From a virus (taxonomy: Duplodnaviria; Caudoviricetes), in the IMG/VR virus record IMGVR_UViG_3300034032_000011, positions 1-54,988 of that record: 54,988 nt of DNA; one strand, written 5' to 3'. A program made the position numbers and the translations under genes. The notes under the pieces are model-generated. The model was not told where the DNA came from. It searched no databases and saw only the letters and a list, made by a program, of their open reading frames with translations. Below, piece by piece: positions 1 to 8,623 of the stretch; positions within the stretch are counted from its first letter, which is position 1, and every line of letters begins with the position of its first letter.

Positions 1-1834
1 GGAATACGACCCTGAGACTGACGGAGTTGACTTCCTAGGTAACGTGCTCGAGAGCGTTAACTTCGCAGACGCCTTCATCAAGAGCGGCATGACCCACACT
101 GGTCTCGCTGCCCTCGGACTCATGCTGGGTAGCCTCGCTGGAGGCGATGACGAAGAGCGTAAGCGTCGCCGTCGTGAAGAAGCTATCGGTGTCGGTCACA
201 TCTACGATCCTCGAGACCTGCGGAACGACATTCGCAATGCAGACGCTTTGTACTTCGAAGACTTCCCCTTCCTGGCACAGTTCTTCGGAGTCACTGACGA
301 GAACGGTACGCAGCGCGCTCCTGCTGAGCTCCACTGGACGCTCAAGCAGTTCATCTCTCCGCTCATGGGTATCTCCCGGTTCATGGATACAGGCAACTAC
401 AATGAGATCTTCTGGGGCTTCGAGGACGCTCTCGGCTCCATGCCGCTGATCAATGCCAACGGCTGGAACGACGCAGTCACGACGAGCAACGCTCTGTTCG
501 AGCAGTCTTACGATGCTGAACAGGCTGCTGAGAACGATGAGACTCTGCTCGCTACAGCCTCTGGACTATTCCTCGATGGCGTCTTCAACCTCGAGCGCAT
601 GCTCCTAGAGAACTCCTTCATCAACGGTCTCTACACCAGTGCAGACCGCTACGACCGTGATCCTTGGACTCTGGCAGACATCGACGCTGACGGTATCCTC
701 CAGCGAGACAACCTCAATGTACCGATGGAGACCACTGCTCTGAACGAGTACTTGAACGACGAGGGCAACGCTGCACTCGGTACTGAGGGTCGTGACCAGC
801 TCAGCGGGTTCCTTCGGTCCAAGAGCGAGCGACGCTTCACACTGGCGTTCTTCGGTAGCCTTGTGACCGGCTTCAACACTCAGAACTCCCTGTGGCGGTA
901 CGACATGGCTGCTCGTACCTACAGCATCGAGAAGCAGGGGCTCGAGCAGAACGAGGTAGACACCCTGCTACTGTCAGAGTGGAACGGAGCAGGTGAAGAG
1001 ATCCTTAACCTCGATGGGGTGGACGCTCTCCTGCGCTCCATCCACGCGGGTTACATCTCCAAGACCAGCCCGGTGCTCGAGAACATCTACCTGACTCAGG
1101 ATCAGCGGTATGCCGCAGCAGAGCGCTTCGAGGCTACGGTCATCCAGCAGTCGCTAGATGCAGGACTTACGCCTGAGGAAGCAGACGCTCGCTGGGACGA
1201 CATCATGTGGGGTCGGCCAGACCAGCCCTGGATCGTGCCGCTCTACGATGTTATCTTCTCCAAGGGCTCTCACGAGAACCAGATTCCCTACGACACTACG
1301 AGCACCTATCGTCAGCTCAACACGACCTGGGTCATCGGCCCAGACGGTAAGCCGTGGGCTACTGGTGTTACTCGCGGTGAGCTCAACAACTTCTGGGGCA
1401 TGGGCGCGCTCCAGCAGTTCAACGGTGCCGGTGGAGACGTTCTAGGCAACCTGACTCAGGACGGTCTGCTCAACTCGACCGACGAGACCGGCAACATCAA
1501 CACTGGAATGCGCAGTCTTGAGAAGGTGACGTCTTCCACCCTCAACCCCACTGATGAAGATATCATGGAACAGTTGAAGGACATTGCAGCCAAGATCCGT
1601 GAGGGTCTACAGGGCAAGTCCTACGGTAACGCTGGAGCAGGGTACCAGCGCTACAGCGGCGGCGGTGGTGGAAGCTACTCCGACATGCCGTTCATGCCGT
1701 TCCAGAATGACATGAAGTCGCCCTACATCGACAACGTTCCAGGCATCTACATCAACAACCCGAACATTCAGCGTGCGTACATTAGGCGTCAGCGCTTCTC
1801 AGCAGAACGAGGGAGAATCAACCAATGGCAGTAA
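1..1834 (+). CDS. C-terminal ~610 aa of the giant protein
   Basis: Frame is open from base 2 (EYDPETDGVDFLGNVLESV...) and in register with the ORF running off base 54988. The stop overlaps the portal start. Confidence 0.88.
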   Translation, partial: EYDPETDGVDFLGNVLESVNFADAFIKSGMTHTGLAALGLMLGSLAGGDDEERKRRRREEAIGVGHIYDPRDLRNDIRNADALYFEDFPFLAQFFGVTDENGTQRAPAELHWTLKQFISPLMGISRFMDTGNYNEIFWGFEDALGSMPLINANGWNDAVTTSNALFEQSYDAEQAAENDETLLATASGLFLDGVFNLERMLLENSFINGLYTSADRYDRDPWTLADIDADGILQRDNLNVPMETTALNEYLNDEGNAALGTEGRDQLSGFLRSKSERRFTLAFFGSLVTGFNTQNSLWRYDMAARTYSIEKQGLEQNEVDTLLLSEWNGAGEEILNLDGVDALLRSIHAGYISKTSPVLENIYLTQDQRYAAAERFEATVIQQSLDAGLTPEEADARWDDIMWGRPDQPWIVPLYDVIFSKGSHENQIPYDTTSTYRQLNTTWVIGPDGKPWATGVTRGELNNFWGMGALQQFNGAGGDVLGNLTQDGLLNSTDETGNINTGMRSLEKVTSSTLNPTDEDIMEQLKDIAAKIREGLQGKSYGNAGAGYQRYSGGGGGSYSDMPFMPFQNDMKSPYIDNVPGIYINNPNIQRAYIRRQRFSAERGRINQWQ

Positions 1835-3849
1835 AAGGGGAGTTCGAGGCCATTGAGTCTTTCGAGGACTGGTACAGCCAGACACGCCTCGATCGCGACG
1901 GGTCCTTGGTCTACAGCGGATTCACGGACGCAGCGGCGAAGCTGCAGAAGCGTCTTGACTACTACAAGCGAGAGATGGACGCGCGTGTAGCCAACTACTG
2001 GAAATACGAGAAGATGGCAGACGCTGCCGTTGTCAACGAGCGTCCAGATCTACCCAACGTGAGCTCGGGTGAGGCTGCAGGCTTCATCCGTCGAATCGCT
2101 CGCGCTGTGGTGCAGCACACGCCGAACGTCACTGTCTCCGGTCTCTTCGATGATGACGGTATCGGAGGTATTGTCGCCACCTGGATCACCAAGGCGAAGA
2201 TCATCGGTGACGACGAGTACAGTAGCAACATGCAGCAGCAGCTATATGCTACTATGGTGCGCGCTGCCACCCTCGGCTTCGACTGCGTCATCCCTACCCT
2301 GCTCCAGAACTCTAACAAGTCCTGGTACATGCAGTACGACAACATCAACTACCGTGACGTGTTCCCTGAGCCTGGAGTCAAGGATGTTCGCAGAGCTACT
2401 GCAGTCTTCGTTCGTCGCTACCTGACTCGGGGAGAAGTTCACCAGCTCATCACGACCCAGGCTGTCGGCTGGGATACTCGCGCTCTGCTTACCCTGCTCA
2501 AGACCAGCCCCGGCATGAAGGAGTACACCGACCACCAGTCGAAGAAGCACCGTGTCAACTCCGAGGCGTACGAGATCATGACGTGGTACACGAACTCGGG
2601 TGAACCCTTCCTCACCTGGGCCGTCGACAGCCGAATGCTGCTGCGCATCGAGAAGAACAAGCACCCGCTCAAGGAGCACCCAGTGTTCTTCTTCGTCCCA
2701 GACTACGACGGAGAGCAGCCCTTCGGTCGCTCCATTCTGTCGCTGATCTACGGTCGACAGGAGTTCCAGGACTGGTTCCTGAACGGTGCTATGAAACTGT
2801 GGCGCCTGAACATCGAGCCGCCCATCATCGGCTACGGCGTGGTGAACGCCATTCCGAACATCGGTCCAGGTAAGTACACGAGCATCCCGAACCCCAACGC
2901 TCGCGTCGAGCCATTCGAGGTTCAGTCGCAGTCACTGCTCATGTTCAACCAGATTGCTCAGGCTAACGCTGGCAACATGGGCCAGATGATCGGAGCCTCT
3001 GACCAGCAAATGGCTGCTGCCAGCGGTGCTCCAGCTGGAATGAGCCAGACTCCGCAGGGTGTCGAGGCTCAGCAGCAGATGGTCGATACTACGACCAACA
3101 ACTACCAGAAGGCCATGGAAGTCTTTGTGTCTCGCTATCTCAGCTACGCACTGACGATCTACTTCCAGGAGCTCAAGGGGGTTAAGAGTATTGCCCCATC
3201 AGCGGATGCTCGACAGTCTCTCATTGGTGCTGGGGTTCCCCCAGAAGCCTTCATTCACAAGGCACACAAGAGTACCGACGACGAGGGCAACGAGATTGAC
3301 GTTCCTGATGACGATACTGGTCTCGAGGACGGCCAGCTCAAGACGGACTTCTCGAAGCTCGCTGTACAGCACTGGGTCAAGGTCGTTCCCGGATCTCTCA
3401 TCGAGCTCGAGGATGAGAAGCAGGTTCGACTGCTGAATCAGATGCTCATTCCTCTCAGCCAGGCCATGCCAGCGCTCGCACAGACAGGTGATCAGGACGC
3501 CGTCATGCACGCCACCAAGACGATTCAGTACATCGTCAACAAGCAGATCGAACTGTCTGGTAGCTCGAGCACGGAGCAGCTCAAGGCGCTCATGGCCGGT
3601 ACTGATCAGCCCGGCCAGCTCAAGCAGATCGCTGCTCTCGAGAGCTCGCTCTCTGGCAGCACGTCTGAGTTCGCTCAGAAGGCAGAGATGCAGGACCAGG
3701 TCATTGCACAGCAGCAACAGCAGCTATCTGAGATGACCAATATGGTCGCTCTGCTAGCCGAAAAACTTGGGGTGCAAATTCCATCATCCGCGCCACAGGG
3801 AGGGGATTCGCCGGTCAACTCACCTGCAGCACCAGCTACTACCGTATAA
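1825..3849 (+). CDS. Portal protein (podovirus type)
   Basis: 674 aa, directly before the capsid gene. Portal-like segments (DVFPEP, HPVFFFVPD...PFGRS) and a Gln-rich coiled-coil C-terminus. Confidence 0.75.
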   Translation: MAVKGEFEAIESFEDWYSQTRLDRDGSLVYSGFTDAAAKLQKRLDYYKREMDARVANYWKYEKMADAAVVNERPDLPNVSSGEAAGFIRRIARAVVQHTPNVTVSGLFDDDGIGGIVATWITKAKIIGDDEYSSNMQQQLYATMVRAATLGFDCVIPTLLQNSNKSWYMQYDNINYRDVFPEPGVKDVRRATAVFVRRYLTRGEVHQLITTQAVGWDTRALLTLLKTSPGMKEYTDHQSKKHRVNSEAYEIMTWYTNSGEPFLTWAVDSRMLLRIEKNKHPLKEHPVFFFVPDYDGEQPFGRSILSLIYGRQEFQDWFLNGAMKLWRLNIEPPIIGYGVVNAIPNIGPGKYTSIPNPNARVEPFEVQSQSLLMFNQIAQANAGNMGQMIGASDQQMAAASGAPAGMSQTPQGVEAQQQMVDTTTNNYQKAMEVFVSRYLSYALTIYFQELKGVKSIAPSADARQSLIGAGVPPEAFIHKAHKSTDDEGNEIDVPDDDTGLEDGQLKTDFSKLAVQHWVKVVPGSLIELEDEKQVRLLNQMLIPLSQAMPALAQTGDQDAVMHATKTIQYIVNKQIELSGSSSTEQLKALMAGTDQPGQLKQIAALESSLSGSTSEFAQKAEMQDQVIAQQQQQLSEMTNMVALLAEKLGVQIPSSAPQGGDSPVNSPAAPATTV

Positions 3850-3856
3850 TTAGAGT
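3845..3856 (+). promoter_or_regulatory. Putative -10 element of capsid promoter (TATAATTAGAGT)
   Basis: TATAAT about 45 nt upstream of the capsid ATG. Near-identical TACAATTAGAGT lies upstream of the 42671 gene. Confidence 0.55.
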
Positions 3857-3895
3857 AGGCACAAGGGTGTCTACAACCACGAAAGGAACGTCTGC

Positions 3896-5557
3896 ATGGG
3901 TACTATCGCCCCCGTACAGAAGGACACTCTCACAGCCCACCAGCTCGTCCTTCACAAGTACATGCGTATCGCGTCGCCGCTCACCGGTGTCTTCAACGGC
4001 ACCGATCTCAATGCGAGCGACTTCAACAACTCCCGCATCATCGGCATCCCGGACATTCGCGTTGACGACTACATCGTCGATGCTGAGATCGGTCGCATCG
4101 GCGCCGACCTCTACTCCGGCTCCGAGTTCACCGGCGAGTGGAAGAACGGCATCCCGCCGATCGAGTGGCGCTACTACTCGACCAGCCGCCGTCGCTCGTT
4201 CGGCTACCTCGTGCTCGAGGAGCAGGAGAAGTTCGTCCCGATCAAGAACCTTCCCCAGGAGTACCTTGCTCGCAAGATGAGCACGACCGTCCTCCGCGAC
4301 CACGACAAGTACGTCCTGCTCGCGATCGTTCTCGGTCGCATGTCGGGCAAGCTCGTTCCCCGCGTCAGCGGCGTGGACACCTACGGCCCCGTCACCACCG
4401 ACGTCCACAAGATCAGCTGCACGGGAAACCAGGCAGACTACAAGTGGATCGCCGAGCCGGGCGAGGACTACGACAACGAGATGCAGCCGTCGTTCGCGAC
4501 GATCAAGGGCATGGAGTGGAACGCGGTTGACCCGCTCAAGACGCTCGACGCTCTGACCCTGCAGTTCTCCGAGAACTGGTGGGACTCGAACATCTCCAAC
4601 TCGGAGCGAGTCCTCTTCATCACGTCGGCCATGGAAATCACCTTCCGTGACGTCATGATTTCGAAGGGAACGTACGTCGACAAGGGCTTCGACATGTACA
4701 TGAACTCCGACATCTCCGGCGCGAACGGACCGTCGTTCCTCGGCGAGCTCCGTGGAGGCTGGCGCCTCATGAAGATCCACCCGGAGTTCATGCCGAAGGT
4801 CTTCGTCGACGCGAGCAACGTGGTTGACCCGAACCCCACCCTCACCGGTGTCGGCACGGCGACCAGCCGCACGCTCAAGCAGGTCGCGGCCCTCGCGGTC
4901 TACAAGGGCTCTGCTCAGGTCCACGAGTTCTTCGCCGACAAGCGCCAGGAGGACGGTGGCATCCGCTTCAAGGGCACTGCATACGTGCAGGACTTCGCCT
5001 ACGACGCGTGGGTCATCGACCAGAAGAGCGAGGGGATCATCCCGATCTTCCTGCCCTCCGACCTCGACGGCAACGGCACCACGGACGCCAACTACACCCC
5101 GGTCAACGACCAGTTCGTTCGCGTCGCCGCACTCGTTGCAGCGGCCCGTACCCAGCTGGGCACGAGCCCGTCGCAGTACCCGATGTCGGGTTACGCGACG
5201 AACATCTCGCGTCCGACCTGGTACACGAACCCGTTCACCAGCCAGGGCTTCCTCAACGCGGGACTCACCGTGCAGGAGGCCGGCGACCGTTCGGCTCGTC
5301 GTCCGATTCTTCCGGAGAACAACCCGGTCGACGCGGCAGAGCTGTCGGGCATCGTGCAGTCGGTCCTCGCGAGCAACACGGCGCGTGCCAACAGCACCGC
5401 CGTCACGCTCGGCCAGATCCGCGTCTTCGGTTCGCCGACGTCGCTCTGGATCGTCACCACGGCTGGCACCACCGCGGCCAGCCAGCCGTCCATCGCCAGC
5501 AAGGACATCGGAGCCTCCGTCACTGACGGCACTGCGGTGTTCAAGCGAATCCTCTAG
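3896..5557 (+). CDS. Major capsid protein with C-terminal accessory domain
   Basis: 553 aa after the portal, GAAAGGA RBS, very strong C/G-ending codon bias typical of the most highly expressed gene. HK97-like segments (SERVLFITSAME, YDAWVID). Confidence 0.75.
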   Translation: MGTIAPVQKDTLTAHQLVLHKYMRIASPLTGVFNGTDLNASDFNNSRIIGIPDIRVDDYIVDAEIGRIGADLYSGSEFTGEWKNGIPPIEWRYYSTSRRRSFGYLVLEEQEKFVPIKNLPQEYLARKMSTTVLRDHDKYVLLAIVLGRMSGKLVPRVSGVDTYGPVTTDVHKISCTGNQADYKWIAEPGEDYDNEMQPSFATIKGMEWNAVDPLKTLDALTLQFSENWWDSNISNSERVLFITSAMEITFRDVMISKGTYVDKGFDMYMNSDISGANGPSFLGELRGGWRLMKIHPEFMPKVFVDASNVVDPNPTLTGVGTATSRTLKQVAALAVYKGSAQVHEFFADKRQEDGGIRFKGTAYVQDFAYDAWVIDQKSEGIIPIFLPSDLDGNGTTDANYTPVNDQFVRVAALVAAARTQLGTSPSQYPMSGYATNISRPTWYTNPFTSQGFLNAGLTVQEAGDRSARRPILPENNPVDAAELSGIVQSVLASNTARANSTAVTLGQIRVFGSPTSLWIVTTAGTTAASQPSIASKDIGASVTDGTAVFKRIL

Positions 5558-5568
5558 GAGGTTCTTCC

Positions 5569-5742
5569 ATGAAGGAGCTTCTGGAAATCATTCGCCAGAT
5601 CAACGAGCTCAGCGGCGTCGCGATGGACGCCCTTGAGCAGGTCGCAGGGGGTGAGGGCGGCGGCGAGGGCGGCGGCCCGAAGCCACCCGAAGGGGGTGCC
5701 CCGCCTTCGGGTGGTGGAGCACCCGTCCCGCCGGGCCAGTAA
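5569..5742 (+). CDS. Small 57-aa protein with Gly/Pro-rich tail (not in ORF track)
   Basis: AGGAGG RBS, then MKELLEIIRQINELSGVAMDALEQVAGGEGGGEGGGPKPPEGG...PPGQ*. Confidence 0.7.
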   Translation: MKELLEIIRQINELSGVAMDALEQVAGGEGGGEGGGPKPPEGGAPPSGGGAPVPPGQ

Positions 5743-5807
5743 GGGACAATGGGCGGCACCTGGGATCCTTCCCTCAGGTGCCGCCCATTCCTTCGAAAGG
5801 AACAACA

Positions 5808-6911
5808 ATGTCTTACCTCTCTACCTCGCCGGAAGCTCAGACAGTCATCCGGCTTGAGGCACGCAAGAGTTTCAGTCTCGCGCTGTGGATTATGGACTTC
5901 ATGGGCCACGCTCTCGACATCACCGACTGCCAGCTGCGCATGGTCGTCCGCAAAAACTTTGTCGCGTCTGACCCCGGTGACGCCGCCAACCTCATCATTA
6001 GCTCGGACGCCTTCCTGAGCGCGCCCGAGAAGGGGTACGCTCGCTTTGACATTCAGGCCAGTGAGCTTGACCACCCTGCCGGGGAGTACCAGTACGCCGT
6101 TGTACTCGTTGCCTCTGGCTACTCAGCAGTCATTCTCGAGGGCGTCATCGACCTCGCAGCCAACACGGAGTTCTCGTCAGTAGACGACTCCTTCACTGCC
6201 GGTGTCAACCCTGTCTCTCAGCTAGAGATCAAGCTCCGTGAGCAGCACGCCGTCAAGGTGTATGCAGGACAAGCTTTGGCTCCGGGAACATTCAGCTTCA
6301 CCACTGCAGACAAGCAGCACCTTGACGACCTCTGGGTGCAAGGCTGGACCGCTCTCGCCAACAAGCCTGTCTTCGGTACTGCGGCCTTCGTCAACGTCTC
6401 TGACATCGCCATGCCAGCGGGTGGCTCGCCCGGTTCTGCCCTGCTCAAGAGCTCTGGAGCAGACTACGACACTCACTGGGCACAGGTAGCCACTGGTGGC
6501 ACCGGACTCACGGCCACAGGCCAGCCAGCCGGTGCGGTCCCCACTGCCTCCGGCGTGAACACTTGGGACTGGATCATCCCTGTCCCAGCTGTTCAGACCG
6601 TTAACGGTGCAGGTGGTATCGTTGTCCTCGACTCCGATGACATCGATGACACTGGCAAAACGCACAAGTTTGCTACCGCTGCAGAGAAGGCTAAGCTCGC
6701 TTTCTTTAGCGCTACTCCTGCATACAGCGACCTTGCCGGTCTGCCTACTCTGGGCACCATCGCCTCCCACGCCGTGGGCGAGTTCCTGGGATCTGCTACC
6801 ATGATCTCAAACACGATCATTCCCAAGGTCACTGCTCTCCGAGGTACTAGCCGTGGTACTGCTGCCCCCAGCGGTGGCGTAGACGGCGATCAGTATAGAC
6901 AGTACACCTAG
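5808..6911 (+). CDS. Minor tail/fibre protein with BppU-like N-terminal adaptor domain
   Basis: ATG after GAAAGGA. The N-terminus (LEARKSF...KGYARFDIQASELD) is paralogous to the 8623 gene. Fibre-type motifs VQTVNG, TAAEKAKL, AYSDL. Confidence 0.65.
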   Translation: MSYLSTSPEAQTVIRLEARKSFSLALWIMDFMGHALDITDCQLRMVVRKNFVASDPGDAANLIISSDAFLSAPEKGYARFDIQASELDHPAGEYQYAVVLVASGYSAVILEGVIDLAANTEFSSVDDSFTAGVNPVSQLEIKLREQHAVKVYAGQALAPGTFSFTTADKQHLDDLWVQGWTALANKPVFGTAAFVNVSDIAMPAGGSPGSALLKSSGADYDTHWAQVATGGTGLTATGQPAGAVPTASGVNTWDWIIPVPAVQTVNGAGGIVVLDSDDIDDTGKTHKFATAAEKAKLAFFSATPAYSDLAGLPTLGTIASHAVGEFLGSATMISNTIIPKVTALRGTSRGTAAPSGGVDGDQYRQYT

Positions 6912-6919
6912 GCCCTCGC

Positions 6920-8623
6920 ATGGCATCCTGGGCAGCAGCGCTACCTACAACAGGTACCTCCATGGATGGAGGTATCCAGCTCGACATGAACGCCGTTGCG
7001 CGGGTAGACCGCAGTGGCTGGGACGTGTCGTTCAATGAGTACATCTACGCTACCAACACAGCCGGATTCCCAAACAACGCTACGCCAAGTCAGGCTTATG
7101 GTAGTGCCAATGGTGTGGGAACCTTCTTGGCTTATAATGCTGGATACAACATTCCCTCCGGCCACGGTATCGGCGCAGTCTGGGGTCTAGGTTCCGGCTC
7201 GTTCTTCATCGCTGTCACTGCTGACGGTAACTACACTCTCACTGGTATCGCCGCGAGCTTTAATGACTCTAGCTCTGTCCTTGGTGATGGTGGATTCAGC
7301 GGACAGTCCTACGCATTCCCTCGCATCTCTGTCATTCCAGGAGCCCCTAGTGCACCAGCCCTCAGCTTGCCTACTGTGTCGAGCCTCCGTTACAACGCAA
7401 CGCCGGGAGACAACGGCGGCTCTGCAATCACTGGTCGAGAGGTACAGTACAGCACCAGTGCTACCTTCGCCTCTGGTAACACGACCGTCACCCCTGGGTC
7501 GCTCACAAACGTAAACCTCACAGGGCTCACTGCTCGTACCAAGTACTATGTGCGCTCGAGAGAGATCAATGCCCTCGGTAACGGTGCATGGTCTGCTACA
7601 GTCAACGCAGACACTCTCGACTACCCTGGAATCCCAACCCTCGCTTTCACTAGCAAGACGACGACTCAGATCGTTACAGCGCTCACAGACCCCGCCTACA
7701 CTGGTGGTGGCATCACTGCTCGAGAGACTGTCATCTCCACGAGCGACGTGTTCGCCAGTATCCTTGATACCAAGACGACAACCACACCGACCTTCACAGG
7801 TCTCACGCGTGGCACCACGTACTACTCTCGCAGCCGCGTTCAGAACTCTACCGGCTGGAGCGCGTGGTCCACCACGCTCGTCACGACCACGGACTTCGAG
7901 GTCCCGAGTACTCCCACAGGCTACGCCCCTCACGATATTGCTAGCACAACTGCCTTCTCGTCGATGGGTACCATCCTGGACAGTGGAGGCGGTCCCCTCA
8001 CCGCTCTCAACTACCAGCTGAACACCACTCCGTCCAGCGTAGGGGCGGTAGACTCGACTCTGGACACTGCCCGAGAGCCGATGTTCGCGGCACTAGCCGA
8101 GGCTACACTCTATTACTACAGGCTGAGGGTCTCCAATGGATCTCTGTGGAGCGGCTGGGGCGCGTGGGAGTCGTTTACTACCCTCAACACCGTACCAACA
8201 GCACCCACGAGCTTCGCCACCAGTGCACTCGCCGATTTCAGTGCTACCCTCGGCTGGGCGGTACCTGCTGACCTCAATGGTGCTACGATCACTGGCTACC
8301 GCATTGTCATCGCCACAAACAAGGCCATGACTACTGGAGTCCAGACTGCAGACGTGAGCGCAGCTACTTTCTCCAAGGTGTTTGTTGGCCTGACTCCAGG
8401 AACGACGTACCACTCTCGAGTCTGGGCACTGTCCAGTGCTGGTGATGGTAGCCGCGCCAATCTTATTACCTTTGCCACCACTAACACTGGTGGTAGCGGC
8501 GGTATTCTCTGGGAGAACGTCGGCGGGGTCTGGAAGCAGATCACTGACTGGGAGAATGTCGGCGGGGTCTGGAAGGAGATTGTTCTCTGGGAGAATGTCT
8601 CTGGCGTCTGGAAGAGTAACTAA
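6920..8623 (+). CDS. Virion protein with tandem fibronectin type III-like domains
   Basis: Repeated P..P...GGSAITG...GLT..T.YY.R...N..G.GAWS units. C-terminal WENV(G/S)GVWK x3. Confidence 0.75.
   Translation: MASWAAALPTTGTSMDGGIQLDMNAVARVDRSGWDVSFNEYIYATNTAGFPNNATPSQAYGSANGVGTFLAYNAGYNIPSGHGIGAVWGLGSGSFFIAVTADGNYTLTGIAASFNDSSSVLGDGGFSGQSYAFPRISVIPGAPSAPALSLPTVSSLRYNATPGDNGGSAITGREVQYSTSATFASGNTTVTPGSLTNVNLTGLTARTKYYVRSREINALGNGAWSATVNADTLDYPGIPTLAFTSKTTTQIVTALTDPAYTGGGITARETVISTSDVFASILDTKTTTTPTFTGLTRGTTYYSRSRVQNSTGWSAWSTTLVTTTDFEVPSTPTGYAPHDIASTTAFSSMGTILDSGGGPLTALNYQLNTTPSSVGAVDSTLDTAREPMFAALAEATLYYYRLRVSNGSLWSGWGAWESFTTLNTVPTAPTSFATSALADFSATLGWAVPADLNGATITGYRIVIATNKAMTTGVQTADVSAATFSKVFVGLTPGTTYHSRVWALSSAGDGSRANLITFATTNTGGSGGILWENVGGVWKQITDWENVGGVWKEIVLWENVSGVWKSN
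8510..8614 (+). repeat. Three 39-bp-period repeats encoding WENV(G/S)GVWK
   Basis: TGGGAGAAYGTC...GTCTGGAAG three times. Confidence 0.85.

Noticed and set aside
44-1834. Stand-alone 596-aa gene starting at GTG 44
   Set aside because: The frame is open upstream to base 2 and continues from the window end, so this is the tail of the giant ORF.
8510-8614. Diversity-generating retroelement TR/VR pair
   Set aside because: These are short in-frame tandem peptide repeats, and there is no reverse transcriptase in the genome.
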